A program made the translations under genes and the position numbers. DNA of 62,727 bases, the filler included, from Choristocarpus tenellus KU-1152 (Eukaryota > Protista > Phaeophyceae), in assembly GCA_964200185.2 (NCBI GenBank). It is 9 parts of 9 records of this genome, joined end to end, with 100 filler letters (N's around TTAATTAATTAA, not from the genome) between each part and the next. Parts side by side here need not be neighbours in the genome. Positions count along the whole stretch, not along the records: positions 36,062 to 52,162 come from CAXNAD020000878.1; positions 52,263 to 56,027 come from CAXNAD020018062.1; positions 56,128 to 62,727 come from CAXNAD020007783.1; 6 more parts are not named here. One strand, written 5' to 3'. Positions 48,650 through 62,727 of the stretch are shown piece after piece; within the stretch, counting starts at the first letter, position 1; each line of letters opens with the position of its first letter. The notes beneath the pieces are model-generated. The model saw only the letters and a program-made list of their open reading frames with translations, searched no databases and was not told the origin of the DNA.

Positions 48650-48896
48650 GAGCCAAAGTAAACGAGAGGTACCCAGGCTTGGGTGATTTGCATTTTAAGT
48701 CTGCTTTTCAATCTTTTGTAACTCACCCATGTTTTTATTATAAGTTCTGAGTTTATCTTGAGATCATCTATTTCTTTATCATTTTCCGACACAAGTCTGA
48801 AAATATCTTGCAGACATTTGTCAAAAGTCGGATTTTGCACCTATTTGTCAGCATCTTTAAAATACAACTCTGGGTATCTCTCCTTTACTTTGACTC
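48650..48896. mobile_element. MITE family C
   Basis: TIR GAGCCAAAGTAAACGAGAGGTACCCAG / CTGGGTATCTCTCCTTTACTTTGACTC with an AAT target-site duplication. Confidence 0.87.
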
Positions 48897-49501
48897 AATA
48901 AATGTTATAGACAATATGAAGAAACACTCCAGCACAGACTGCTACCACTACCTGTGGCTGTCTCTAGGCACAAAACACTTTCCTGGTGGTGTAAGTGGTA
49001 GTCCTAGAATATGTACACAGCAGCATATAGCATGAAAAATATCGTTTCCCATAAAAAAGGAACGACAGATGAGGCCTCCATCATCCACCCTGTTCTCTGT
49101 GTCATTTTAATTTGTAACTAGCATCACGCAGTAAGGTGTACTATCACGTTAAAGTCTTCACAACACACTCTCTGGACAATTTTTCGATTTGTAAAAGTTA
49201 ATTCAATCGACCATGGGTGCCGGTCGCCAAGATCCAGAATTACCATGTCATGTATGCTAGAATATGATGAAAGAAATCATATTAGGTTAGTGCAAAGTAG
49301 AAGCTGAACATTCTTACTTTTCATGGGGATGGACAGACTGAAAGACTATTTTTTGTACTGTAGTGCCGTATAGAGAGTCAATTGTTTGTAAGTACTCTAT
49401 GCTATAAATATACCTACTACTGCTACCACTGCCAGCTAATGGGAGGAATAGAACGGAAATGAGCGCAAACCGCTATAGTGTGTGCTATTGTGTAATGTAA
49501 T

Positions 49502-49686
49502 GGCTCAAAGTATCTGAGGCGGGGAGGGGGGTCTACACCAGGTTGTCCATTCAGGCCCTGACCAGGAAAATTGCTCTTAAATTATCCATCTGACGCATGG
49601 AACCAAATCATCCAAAAATTGCAATATGGAAAAATGGGCCCTCTGAATGGACAGCTGCCACCCCCCGCCCCCAGATACTTCGAGCC
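49502..49686. mobile_element. MITE family A
   Basis: GGCTCAAAGTATCTG ... CAGATACTTCGAGCC with an AAT target-site duplication. Confidence 0.85.
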
Positions 49687-49724
49687 AATGTGTACTAATG
49701 TTGTCCTCTCTTCTTACGTCTTTG

Positions 49725-49980
49725 CCAAAAGTATCTTAGAGGGTAGAGCCGCGTCCATTTGGGGGCCAAAATCAAATGCTGCGATTTTGTTGTAATTTTG
49801 GTTATCTTGTTTGATAGGAAGTGTCAATATCCTTGTTACGGACACACCTTTTCATAACGTATACATTTTACCTACTCAGAAATATTTTGGAGTTGGACAT
49901 TGTCAAAAAAAAACGAGGGAAGCCAAGCCCCAAATGGACAAACCGGGCAAAACTCGTACCCTCTAAGATACTTTATCTCT
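49725..49980. mobile_element. MITE family B (another, truncated copy at 55945-56027)
   Basis: AAAGTATCTTAGAGGGTA ... TACCCTCTAAGATACTTT. Confidence 0.82.
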
Positions 49981-52900
49981 CTCATATCTCTGACTGTACT
50001 TGTACTGTACAACTTTACAACTATAGTGACGACAATATCCATCTGACAGACTTTGAAACAACCTATTGCTCAATAGGTTGACGAAAAACTGACTCAAGAG
50101 TTGTTGGGAGTACAAATATTGTGTTTTCTGATTTTTATGTGGCATTTTCCAAATGTGTTGTGTTTACACACTCCTGTGCTTTCACTGCAATTTTCAGGTG
50201 CAGGGTACTTCAATTTGTCATCTTTGGCCACCTGCCATTCATCGACCTTCAAACAAGTACTGCGTAAGTACATTGAGCAGCATGTTTTTCTGGGATCAGC
50301 TTGTTTCATTTTGGTATTCAAGACTATTTTGATATTGTGCTAGCATGCACTCTGGGTCTACCTGTGTAACAGGACTGGTCAGACCGTGAAGAGTAGTAGT
50401 CTGACCAGGTCGAGCACAATGATTTCAAAGCCCTTACTGCCCTAATTTGAGTCCCTTAGTATTCTAGAGGGAGGGAGAAAGTTAGCCCAGGTCAACAATT
50501 CGGTGCTTGATTGGGTGTTGCAAAACATCCCAATTTGATGCCCATTTTGCATGTGATTTTTCTTTGGATTCGGTCCTAGCAGGGAGATAGGAAAAAAAAG
50601 GTGCATCTAGAATGAAGGAAATTGCCCTTACATCTCACACATCCATTCCTATGACATAGAAGTTGATACGGGGTCACAAGGCCCCAAATGAACGCCTGAC
50701 CCCCCCACTAGGATACTATGGGCCTTTGTGTGTGCCGTTGTGATGCAGTCTTTGTGCATTGTTCATTGTGGGTGTTGCTACCCTCTTGAAGACCTCAACT
50801 TTCACGTGTGCTGCCTGGTACATGTGCTCCCTGGGTGCAAAGTACCCCGCCCGTAGTTGAACTCCCCCTGCACATTGGACAGGAAGCTCTAATGAAGCCC
50901 TTCAATCTGTTCTAGTTTTGGCAGCACAACCATATATGGGTGATTTGTGAACAATGGTCTACCCTTTCTAAGTGTGTCTCTGATATGCCCTGTATCGTGC
51001 ACGCAATCTGAAGGATTGTCTGTAATATCCATCTCCAAACATATCCCAAATTATTGCGTCCTCATGGGGTGGAATGCTTTTTTATTATTATTTTTTCTTA
51101 CATCCAGACACGTAGCCAATACCTACCTCTCATTTTAATTCGTTTGAATGCCTGCGCAGACCCTCAAAGTGAATTACAATGTTCTGCTTGTTACCAAAGT
51201 GGTTGTTGCAGTCAACCATTACTCATTTACGTATTCAGTGCAGACACAACATACAGTTAGCTTCCGGTTCAACGTTAATCTTGAGTGCAAAAAAATTCCA
51301 GTTATGCCCTGCATTGTAGGTCCAAGATGTAGGAGATGGTTACAAATCCCGTCTAATATTTATCAGCCTCATCTTCAAGCATATATGAGTTCAAGTGTGA
51401 GTGTGACCAGAGCTTCATCAGGGTGTATTGGAAATACAGAAAGTTATGGGAAAAGAGATATAGCATTAGATAACTCATACAAAAATAACCTAAAAACAAT
51501 TTTTGCTTCATGGGTGTCACGTGACAATATTAATAGCGTCAATGACCACACATTTCCATAAAAACGTGGACGAACATATGGTGTGGCATGGTACGGATTT
51601 TACATTGTCGGAGGTCTAGGTAGTGCAAAGTAGATAGATGGCCTCCCCCCTCTATATGTATACATATACACATATGTATATACTCGAAGTATATATTATA
51701 TATTTGCATTTCCTTATCGACGTCTTTCTCAATCAAGGTCTTGCCTCCCACTTGAATGATGTTGGGCAGCGAAGAAGTCTGGTCAGTGAAGAAGAATGAT
51801 AGGCAGGAGAAGGATTGGAGCAGAAGCGATTTTCTTTCTCTTCGTGCTGGGTAGTGAAGTTGATGCTGTCAGGCTCTGGTTCCTTCTGTCCGTTTGCTTC
51901 CTACCCTTCGTTTTCCTTGTGGTCATCCACCTCATGTTCAAGAGTATACCCAGCAGATGGACTGAACACGCGATCTAGAGTACACCGTCACACCTGTAGT
52001 CTAATGTCTTAAGAATTCACAGTAGTTTTAATAGCGCTTGTAACCGGACTGGGCTGAGGGCTGGTCCATGACCATCTGTTACAGGCGCCCCTCAATGCTC
52101 ACCTTCCAGGATGTACAACTCAAATCCAATTTCCAGATTATCGAACGTCAGCTCAGCAGAACNNNNNNNNNNNNNNNNNNNNNNNNNNNNNNNNNNNNNN
52201 NNNNNNTTAATTAATTAANNNNNNNNNNNNNNNNNNNNNNNNNNNNNNNNNNNNNNNNNNNNATGAAAAAATGACCCCAAATGGACAGCCACCCCCCTCC
52301 CCCCCCCAGATACTTTGAGCCTCCACCACTTGTTCTAGAATGTTTCCTTGACTGGTTAGGGATATCTTTCACACACAAGCTAGGGTTAGGACCGGGGTTA
52401 GGGTTAGAGATAGGGTTAGGTTTTCGAAAATACGTTTGAAGAAGTGGAAAAAGTACGATAGTGGGGCCTCCCAAAGACAGGGGATCTCCCCCGTGCACTG
52501 CAACCCGCAAAGCTTGCTATTATTACTCCAGAACATTTTCGCAAATGTCTTCTCTCTAAGGACCATGGATTTTCACCCAGTACTATGTTTCCTCGTGTAA
52601 GCTCTCACCTGGCACCTGAAGTGCACACAGTTACACATGAGGGCATGCCCTTGTCCGTAGGGAGGGACTGGTGCAGCATTCCTGTTGTAGCACATACACA
52701 GCCAAAGGAACCCAAGGGCTTCAGGAATAGGGTGGAGAGATATACAACATTTTTGGTACTTGGAGGGTTCTGCAAATATTTGTAAGTACTCTTGAATTAA
52801 CGATGGATGAGGGAAATGGTAAAAAAAACAACAGAGAGGCTATGAAACGTGAAGCAAGTTCCAAGGAGGGATATGCAGAGACGAGATGAAAGGGATTATG

Positions 52901-54196
52901 AGAGGTGAGAAGCAACAGGAAAGGTCACGTCCAAGGAGGGATTTATTCGTGGAAAGATTGAGGGGGGGACAGGGTCGCCATAGGGGAGAGGTGACATATC
53001 TATTTTGTGGTAGTCATGAGGAAAGCAGTGGGGGAGGTGTGATGCTCCCCTGAGAGAAATAGTATAATATAGTATCATGTAGTAGTGGGGGGGTATAGAG
53101 CACACCAATTCCTTTCTTGAACCCACACTTTTCACACAACACAAACCAATACATGAAATGACAAAAGAGTGGTAGCACAGGTGAAAGGCTGGAGAAAAAA
53201 AGGTGCATATTGTACCCCATACACCATCTGCTTGTTACTACCATTACTTATCTATCCATCTCTTGCAAGCAAGGCATGCAGCAAAATACATGCATTATTA
53301 TGGGGTAATAATTCACAGTGTGCCTCCCTCTTTTTACCTTGAAACACCCAACAACGAATGTGAAATCCTTGTCAATTGACTCCCCTACAACTAGCTTGAC
53401 CAAAATGAAGCCTTCAATCTCAAGTACCCTTCAAAGGCAGCACTACATACTTCTTATCCCCTCAACTTCTCTAGCACAACAAGACTCACTCTATTTCGAG
53501 GTTGTTGAATGCCCGAGCTATTTTGTCGTACGACTCTTGCAAGCCCACAGACTCTTGCAAGCCCAAGATCCAGTGGCAAGAATGGAGTCCAAGGGGAAGC
53601 CTTCTCACAGGCACAACAGCGTAGTAATGGCAGCAGTAGTAGGGTGTTTCGATCGAGAAAATATGGTCAGCATTGGTCTCTAGGAGATGAGATACTCAAA
53701 AAAAGCCCTTAAGGTTGTTACTGTGTGAATATTTGAGATAGCTCGCTAGTCCAAGAGTATGAACTACATCCCAATGCAATGAAGACGACCGTCCTTCGGA
53801 AGGGAAAGACACCTAGCAGTATGAGAAGTCAATCTATCCTCTCAACCCCCAAGAGCCAACAATGGTGGTGAGGTTGAAGATCACTGTTGATATCCGTTCA
53901 CATTCCATGCTTACCCAACTCACCATGTTGTGGTGCTGGCCCGTGTATGTGTACGTGTAGAAGTGCTCGTGTATGTACAGTACATACCAAACCATAGCTG
54001 ACTAACCCCTCACCCATTGTGAATATACCACATATTACGTGGAAGTAAAAGGACAGGATTATGCAGCAAGGCAGAGAAAGATCCTTACCAATAGTTGCAC
54101 AGTCCCTTTCTTCCTCCCAAGAGAGTAATTTTTCATCCACCCTGCCCACTTCACAACAGGAAGACAAGAGTAACACCAAGAAAAAAATCGCCTTAC

Positions 54197-55551
54197 ACAC
54201 CTTTGTGAACCTGGGAATTTGCAAATGATAGATGTAAATATCTCCACCTCTTCCAGAACCTTCTTTGAGTTTCCCTGACATAGATGAATGAATATGCAAC
54301 TGCTTAGGAGGTGCCATGTAAGTACACCACCACACTGGATTTGTGAAGCTGCAAGAAAAGGAAGCGAGGTTTGGAGGGGGGGGGGGCAGCGGCAGGCTGG
54401 GGGGTTGAAGTGTTTGTGGGTTTCAGTAGTGCCATCTTGTACTTCTTGAACTGTACGTTGATATTGTTAACCCTAACCCTAAGCCAAGGGAGTGGAGTGG
54501 AAGGAGTTAGACAGGGGGACGGCAGAAGAGTCAGAAAATAAACTTAGACCTAAGAAATAAACAAATCGTGCTCTTGATCAGAGGAACAAACTTCTGCGCC
54601 ATTTTCAAATTATTTTCCTATTTTGCACCGTTTTCCGTTCATTTTATTTTTTTTTGTGTGAAGTACAAAGATCAACAGAGTTTGCAAACACCGCTGACCT
54701 CATTTCAAGAATCCAGAATAGGGCGATTTCTGAGTAAAAAATGTAGCTAGTTCAAGTGCACTCTTTTGTGACAGGTGATGCTATCCCACGAGGACTGGAA
54801 AATAGCTCTGACCAAACAGTTACTCAGAATATACGCCTTCCATGTACGATTTGTATTGTTGCCTACTGCATGTTGTTGCTTGGGCTGTGAGCAAGTTGCT
54901 GACAATGAGCAATGACACGATACACCTTTGACTCTTCTACATGATTGGGACCCCATGCATGCTATTTTGAACTGATGGGAAAGGAGGCATCCAAAAACGA
55001 GACAGCCATTGAAATGGCCTTCAGCTCAGCACATATGACCATTTCTAGAACCATCAACATACCAAATTGATGTGATCATGCTTGCATTGAAATTTTCAAG
55101 CAGCACCGAAATAACCACAAAAATCAACAATAACCTCATCATTATGGGGGTTAGGGTTGGGTTTAGAGTACGTTTCATTCTTTCTTACACTATTTACCAC
55201 TATCATACAATGCACATTCCAGGGCAGCCAAATGCACTCCACACAGCAACGGCAATGATGCGCCACACCCCCAAAAATATACTCATTAGGATTGAGTAAG
55301 TAGGCATCAATAAAAAAGTACCACTGTATTCTGATATTCATTTTGAGTCTCAACCATTGTGCTTTAATCTACTCACCCAGTGCAGTCTCAAGAGTGTTGT
55401 CAGCTGTTTCTCCGATAACTGCAGCCCTTTTCATGATGTCCCCCCAGGGAGCGCCTGCCACAACATCACACATCAGCTGTATGGTTGAAAATTTCACATC
55501 CATAGTTGAGTCCAGGATGGAGACTTCACTCCCAACCGTAAGAAGCATCGG
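54197..55551 (-). CDS. Two internal exons of an unidentified helical protein (55551-55377, 54348-~54197)
   Basis: AG/GT-bounded open frames joining in phase 1: PMLLTVGSEVSILDST...LETAL|ASQIQCGGVLTWHLLSSCIFIHLCQGNSKKVLEEVEIFTSIICKFP. Confidence 0.4.
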
Positions 55552-57427
55552 CTACATGGCAGGTTTGGAGCAGGGCACACAATAATACAGGTTTTGAGAA
55601 ATGATCAGTTTGTGTTGCAAAATATGAAATAGTGAACTGAAATTGATGATTCCTTCACTACAATAATGTGAAACCTTTGGAAATGATCAGGTGCCTTGGA
55701 GTGGAAAAATCTCTATGCACGCCTGTGGGTTAAATCAGATGAGACTGAGGCAAAGAGTGGTACAGATATGAAACATTTGAGCGGTTTTGTCGAGGATACT
55801 CAATGTATTACGTGCCAATACAAAAAAAAATGACATAGTACAATTCAACATAGTACAATTCATAATAGTAGTGTTCACACTGAACACTTTGGAGGATTGA
55901 TACAATCTATATTTCTAAAAACATCAGTGATACCAACTGCTCCCGAGCAAAAGTATGTTAGAGGGTAGAGCCGCGTCCAGTTGGGGACCAAAATCCAAAG
56001 TTGTGATTTCGATGTAATTTTGGCTATNNNNNNNNNNNNNNNNNNNNNNNNNNNNNNNNNNNNNNNNNNNNTTAATTAATTAANNNNNNNNNNNNNNNNN
56101 NNNNNNNNNNNNNNNNNNNNNNNNNNNGAGATTGGGGAAAGGGGGAAAGGGGCGGGGGTTGAAGGGGTGAGGTATGAGGGGGACACAAGTGACTCTTTGT
56201 TGAGAACTTTGACAAACCTTTCTGTTCATTATTGGGGTTAGGGTTTGGGGTTAGATGTTAGAGAGACCTACAAATTGATGTCATTGAGTATCTTGTGAGC
56301 TTCTGGGGTGGAGACACTGGAGTTGACTCTATGTGGTTTGTCTGTTTCTGCTAGGAACCATTTTATTGCATTAGATGCTCTTTTGGGGTATTTTCCTTTT
56401 CCAATGTTGCCATTTATCCATCTATCCTCCATCATAGGCATGTGCTGGAGAAATGTGTAATAGCGTTGTGCTCTACAGTGATAAGTGTCACACGGCAGAC
56501 CCGGGAGTAGGCTTTTGTAGAAGAGAGAGCTCGCTCCAGAGGGTGGTGCATGATGGTAATAGTGGTCGATGGACAATGCTCTCATAGTGATGGGGCTGCT
56601 TTTTGGCTGATTACCAACAGGTATTGAATGACTGAGGATAGTATCGGTTGACGGAGTAGACGCTAATGTGTCCATATTCTTACCCCCTCAATGGTTGCAG
56701 CCCACTTTTGCCCTATGTGTTTTAACTTACACTTGGTTTTCCTGTTGGGTTGTGTGCTAGTTAGTGAACATGAGTGTGTGCAGAAGATTTGTGTCGATAT
56801 GATTCGACTTTTTGTGCCATTGTATCAATGTCTTTTCTATCTTAGCCCTCGCCCTGTATTCATACTGTAAATAATGGATCTTAACTAGAGCTCCTGCAGA
56901 GCATGTTCCTCTACCACTTGAACTTTTTCTGGAGTGGAACAGAACATGGGAGACAAATCTTACAAGCAAGCCTCCCCTTATCCTGGGAGAGACTTAGTTC
57001 AGATGTTCCACCGTCATAGCACAAAGTGAACTAGATTTTTATTTATTTCCTTTAGCCCTATTGTTGCAGAACATACCGTATTGGATCCCTGGGGCTTTTT
57101 GCAAGATCTGTGCTTACGCAAATATCCCAATTATGGAATTGGGTCTCTTTTGGTTATTTGCTGATAAAACGTAGTCTGAAACAACAGCTTTTTCTACAAC
57201 TGCCACTCTACCCCCTAGCCTGCGGTTGTGGAACTGTATGTTTTCTAAACTCTTGTCACTGTACTGCTCTTTTGCTTTTGCTACTCAAGCATGAAAATTA
57301 AATACACTACTACTGCATTTCACTACCACTTGTGAGTCTCACCACAATTATGCACACCTCTCGAAAAACTTAACGCTCTGCACCACCCATGTGGTAGTGT
57401 TACCCTAGAGTGTTCGATCATTCTCAG

Positions 57428-57555
57428 GCCATAACATTGATTACCCCATTACAACATTAGGTTTAAATTGTTCTGTACTGTATGTTGCCGTAACATTGAT
57501 TACCCCATTACAATGTTAGGTTCAAATTGTTCTGTAGTGTGTGTTGCCGTAACAT
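57428..57555. repeat. Tandem duplication (~59-nt period, just over two copies)
   Basis: TAACATTGATTACCCCATTACAA..TTAGGTT.AAATTGTTCTGTA.TGT.TGTTGCCG is repeated. Confidence 0.9.
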
Positions 57556-60500
57556 CTTTTGGGGACCAGTTGCTCCGAAATATTCCATGTCGACTCAATG
57601 CAGGAGATCATTTGCTCTCAGTATCTTTTATCTAGCACTGGGGTTGTACTTGACATCTGCTGTCAGGGTGGTGCCAGGCGCCATTTGCTCTACAATGTCT
57701 GTGGTGCAGCAAATACTTGAGGACAAATCATCTGTTGTCCGGAACAGTGCTCTCAGCCATTTACTCCTTTTTGTTTTTCTTGAAGTGGCCCGCTCACATG
57801 TGTTACCTATTTGTCCTTTCACACATTCGCTGGATCTCTTGAAGCACAGAAAGTTATAAATGAAACAAAAAACTTAGAAAAAGGAAAAGTATGTGTCTAC
57901 CCTTCCAAATCATTATGGTCACTTATAAAGTCTGTTGGTCAGCGAAGACTCAGGGTCCATTGTGCTCCAAAACATTACTTGGCCTTGACCACACTTGGGG
58001 ACATTTGCGCCATGCGCTTTATGGGACCTGTCCTCTTAATTATCAAAAGCAACACTTCGTTGTGTACTTAGCAGAAAACACAAAGAAGTTGTGTTTTTCA
58101 CAAGTGCCACGTTTTCCCAAGGTGTGGGGTTGTGGCAGGAAAGACCGTATCTGTATCTGGAATGAACGGGTTGTTGCCGTTTGATGTTGTGGCCTTGGCA
58201 CCTCTGACACAGGGAGTAATGAAAACATTACAATCTCAGGCCTCATCTGTCGTCATAGTACAAAATATATGACGAAAAAATCATCCAATCGACGATTTTG
58301 AGGTCAACTCGGAGATTCCCAACGACGACGAATTATGGGGATCCACGGATTGGTGTTACGCTAGGTTTATTCCGTCAATGATATATATTATTATGCCCTC
58401 TGACATTATTGTGGGAATTGGTATTATGTTTTAGGTTATACCTCCAATATACGTACATACCGCTAATGGTATATATATATTATATTTTCAATACTTGTTA
58501 CCATCATTGGTTTCTTTGACAGTTTGTCACATCAATCGACTGACACTGACAATTTTATATTTGGTGCCCTGGTGGCTGTACACTTCACAAAAAGGAAAGT
58601 CGTAGCAGTATGCTGTGTGTGTGTGACTCAACCATTATTTACATCAGGGATGACTTGAGAAGAGGTCAAGTGAAACCATGCTTCATCATTTGTGCGATTA
58701 TATACACTAGGCCCCCCTTGAGTGGTTTGTACATGTAATAGTAGGGCATTCTTCTTCACATCCTATTTCATCAGGCTCAAACACTTGGTAGAAGCCCATT
58801 ATTGAAGGTGTGTTTGAAATATTGCATATTGTACACATTTTGATTGCAATTGAATGCCATATTGCAACCCTGGTAAGGTGCAAGTCAGGTAGTTTAAATA
58901 ACTGCCTCCATGCTAATTCAGAGAGCACCATCAGCTCGAAACCAAAGGTCACCAAAAAAGGATATCTTTCCCTGATACCACTTTCAATCAGCCAGGAATC
59001 TCAGTATGAACTACTACCACTATAATAGTGCTGCGGTAAAAGGAAATAATAAAAAAACTATTACACCTTACATCCCTCGCATGGTACATATAAAATTGGG
59101 AAAAGGTTAAAAAAATGCATCAGTATCTGTCTTTTTCAAAAACAATACAATAACAAAACTAGTATATAGTGCACATCAAAATCAAGTGCAACAAAAAAGA
59201 TTAAAAATTAATACTCTTGAAAGCAAGGCATCAAAGTTGAGTGTGTGCAGGCACATTGTATGTCACACATGCATGCAAATTGCATCATGTCCAGTAAGAT
59301 AAACACGATTCTACCCACCAAAGAGGTGAGCAAAATCCTCATGATTACACAATGATCAGGATGGAAACACCCACAAAGTTTAACATCTTAAGACATGAGC
59401 AATCGCATGGCCAGCATGATAAGACAAGAAAAAAGTGCCTTGTTCATGTCCTATTGCCGTAGCAGCAAATCTGACTGAACGCCAGCACATGGGTTACCGC
59501 TGCAGTTCTTTATGTTCATAGAGCTCTGCACGGAAACATCCATACAGGGGGCACCACCAAGCAAAGCAAACAAATGCTTCGTCCACCACCCCCCCACCCC
59601 CAACCCCATCCAAACAACCAAACACTTTTGTACAACAATCAAACAAGAGAAAAAGAAAAGCTGTGTTTCCTTCAATGGCAGTTGTTGCAATCACCTCACC
59701 ACCTAAAAAAAGCAACAACTAAGCCTTCACCTTCCCCTTTCAGGAGGACCATCCCCGCCTCTGCTCCCAACTGCAAAATCTCCAAGTCATCAGGACTAAA
59801 TGAGAGTAACCTCCCCACCCCACAAGCATCTATTCAACATGCACCCTCATGAGCCATGTCAGGATTTTGAAGGCAGGAGATGTACTTGCTTGCAAAAAGC
59901 ACACACACCAAAAAGGTGCATCCCACATGTTGCTCAATATTGAGCCCACAAGATGCCTTCATCCAACAGCCTCCCATACTGTACCATCACTACTGCTGTT
60001 ACTGATCAAGGCATCACTACAATGGTATCACTGGGGCAGGGGCAAGGAACATCTCCCCCAGCACAATCAGTGTTCGTCATTGATTCATTTGGAGAGGTAT
60101 TTGGAAATCTTCAACCTGATGGGTTGGTCTCCAACTACTCAAATAAACCTGAGTCTAGATGTGCAGCACCAGTGTTCTACTCCAATATCAAGGGAGTGCA
60201 CAAAAACATGTAGGCATTCACACCTCCCTCCCACCCAAAAAAAAGAAAAACCAAAAACATGCACAGATTATTTTTTTCTTTTCAACTGCCTCGGGAGTCA
60301 GGCATATGCTTGCCATTATCTGGGGCAAAGTATATGTAGACCCTACCAAGGGCCACTGCGCACTGTTTCAGGGTGAAGAAGAGGTTTCTCACAAAAACAA
60401 AAGTATTAAAAAATCAACAAGTTAAAATGGAACTACTCTTGACCAAACCACTATACCCATGCTTCCTCTACTTCCATGTGTATACAATACTCTACTGAAA

Positions 60501-61126
60501 AAAAAGAAGTGCTGCGTATCATCTCGCCATTGCCCCCCACCCCCACGATTAAATGTAGCTAGCACGGGGAACACTAATAATATCAATATTTGAGTTTTGA
60601 AGCACTTTCAGGGTAAATTCAACATTCCAAGTCTTACACCCCTGCTGCACATTTTGCACCCACTAACCCTTCCATCACCACCCCATCTTCAATTGTCACT
60701 ACTGTGACTGGTGGGGGGGGGCAAGGGGGAACATGCTGCAGCATGCATAGAGATGAAGAAAAAAACAGAACAGAACAGAAAATCCACTCAAGTTATAGTT
60801 TTGCTCACAACAACACTGCATCACACCTATGAAATGAAACGGGGATCGGATGACCTCCGGAGTTGATGGTTAGCCCCGTTTAGAACGACAAGAAAGAACT
60901 TCCATCAATTGACATCAATTGACCAGACGCTACTCATCCACCAACCATCGCCTCCCTACACCAAGACACATCCATTCGCCACCGTTCCTTCCCCCACTCC
61001 CTAACAAATAACACAAAACAAGGTCTATAGCTCTTACCCCCTCCCTCGCTCCAAAAATGTAAGTACAGCTACTTTATGATAAATGTAACTGTAATGTAAC
61101 TGTAATCCCTGTTCCTGCCACTACAC

Positions 61127-61777
61127 CATAGGAAGCTCCTGGAGGCCCTTTTCCTCACCTTCTCCCACTCCCTTGTCTGAAGCTTCCTTCACAGCAGGGA
61201 ACATCTTTGACTGGGTCGATTTACCACTCATCACAACACACTCAGCAGCAGTCCCCACTCCACTCCCACCCCCAGATCCCCAACCATGCAACGGTACACC
61301 CCCACCCCCACCTCCCAAGGACTGACCCTCACCCCCCGACTCCTTTGCCGCTGACACTGGCGGGGGTATACCTCCTCCCCCTCCAACGCCCCCAAATCTC
61401 ATTCCAACACCATCCCATCCCCCGATTCTCACCTCACCCCCAACACCTCCCATCGCCATACCACCTCCAATCAACTGAGATTGTCCAAACAGGCTCTGGC
61501 TATGAATCCCTGAACCACCATTCACACCTCCACCAATAAATGATTGCCTCGCCCTAATGGTGCCGCTATGCAGTGAGGATGTGTGAATATTATTTGTTTC
61601 TAATTCTGCCTTGTGTAGTGCCCGTCGCAGGGCATCAGACGAGCCTCCCCCGAGTTCCGTATTCAAGCTTTCCCTCCTGCTCTGCCCCCTGCCACTTCCC
61701 TGAAAAGCAAAGCTGTGCCGAGTGCGATCCATGCCCGCCTCCTCCACATGCATTGGCACACGTATCCCAACCGTCGC
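61127..61777 (-). CDS. Large Gly/Ser-rich internal exon (217 codons) of an unidentified gene
   Basis: 651-nt GC-rich open frame preceded by a pyrimidine tract and CAG, ending ATG|GTGTAG; symmetric phase 0; lies within the 265-aa ORF 61121-61918. Confidence 0.6.
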
Positions 61778-62727
61778 CTGCCAAGGCGCAGTGGGCAAAA
61801 GAGGGAGGGGGGAGCAGGGGGGCAGGGGAGGGGAAATGTTGCATGCAAAACCATCCCACAAAAGGAATTGCAAACTTGTTACGATTGGTCCGTGAAACAT
61901 AAAGAAATAAAAAAACAATTAAAGAATTGTTGTAGATATGCAAGAACATCCATTGCCTGCATTTTGGAGTACCCTTTCGACTCTTGGTGTACCTCTCTAA
62001 CCATGAAAAACATCCAGTATGCCTGCCAGAACTAGGATATTAAGCATCGATTTGATGACCATGGTACATCTAAGAGTAACGTTCAATTTCACACGGCTTC
62101 ATCCTTCAACAAACCAACAAATATCATGCCTCAACCAAAAAGCAGTACAGTGGCGTATGTATCCCCGCCGAACATGTCCTACTGCAATCCTTGCGGGTCA
62201 ATTTCAATCAATTCGATTCCACAAATGCAATCATTGATCACCTCAATGATCACAACAGGAGACAACTCCATGGCAGAGTACAGAATCAGTTTGATAACCC
62301 AACACACAAGAACAAAAAAAAGGAACAGAAATACACATGTCTACACATACACACAAAGAGTCATACTAAGGTTGAACAACAAAGGGATATTTATGTTTCA
62401 AAAAGCAACACTTTACACTAGTATAATGCCCACAGCTCTCCATCACTTTGACCCAATAAGGTTTACCAGCTGTGCAACCCCCTGAACACTACTACTACCC
62501 CTACCCCCCTCAATGCTGTCTTCAATATTTTCAGGTTACCCCCTAACCCTAACCCCATTAACAGATGGCATCACAAATCCAAACAAAAAGTCATGCCTCA
62601 CACAGACAAATGGAATAATCACATGGAGGGGTCTAATTCTTGATATCAAATCAACCAGGTGCTAAGAATGATACCACATAGCATCAATTCACACTTGTGG
62701 GAGGGGGCAGAGGGGCAGGGCAGGGGG

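Noticed and set aside
51700-52162. Exon-like minus-strand fragments (SAELTFDNLEIGFELYILE|GT) at a contig end
   Set aside because: Too short, and downstream frames contain stops, so no defensible gene model can be built.
56268-56675. 135-aa ATG-initiated ORF
   Set aside because: No recognisable motif or supporting splice sites; it may be repeat-derived and cannot be called from sequence alone.

Overview
Eukaryotic nuclear DNA with short exons, long introns and TTAGGG-type repeats. It is probably from a brown alga or related ochrophyte (inferred from gene architecture and the RPL10a N-terminal insertion). The window is not one locus: it is nine unordered contigs joined by artificial N-TTAATTAATTAA-N linkers (8903-9002, 12671-12770, 16789-16888, 21642-21741, 27716-27815, 35962-36061, 52163-52262, 56028-56127), so neighbourhood across linkers is meaningless. 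Recognisable spliced genes, mostly partial, are RPL10a/uL1, a PARN-like deadenylase, DNA ligase I (with a probably intronic tRNA-Ala(AGC)), a CBR1-like carbonyl reductase, a disabled kinesin and a USP47-like deubiquitinase, plus several unidentified exons. Mobile DNA includes a Ty1/copia 3' end, a decayed DD39D-type mariner transposase and about 20 MITEs in four families that share one terminal motif. The most interesting non-coding signals are a ~400-nt, nearly indel-free foldback in a USP47 intron (candidate intronic miRNA/siRNA precursor) and a 12-bp stem enclosing cryptic splice sites in RPL10a intron 3 (candidate autoregulatory AS-NMD switch).
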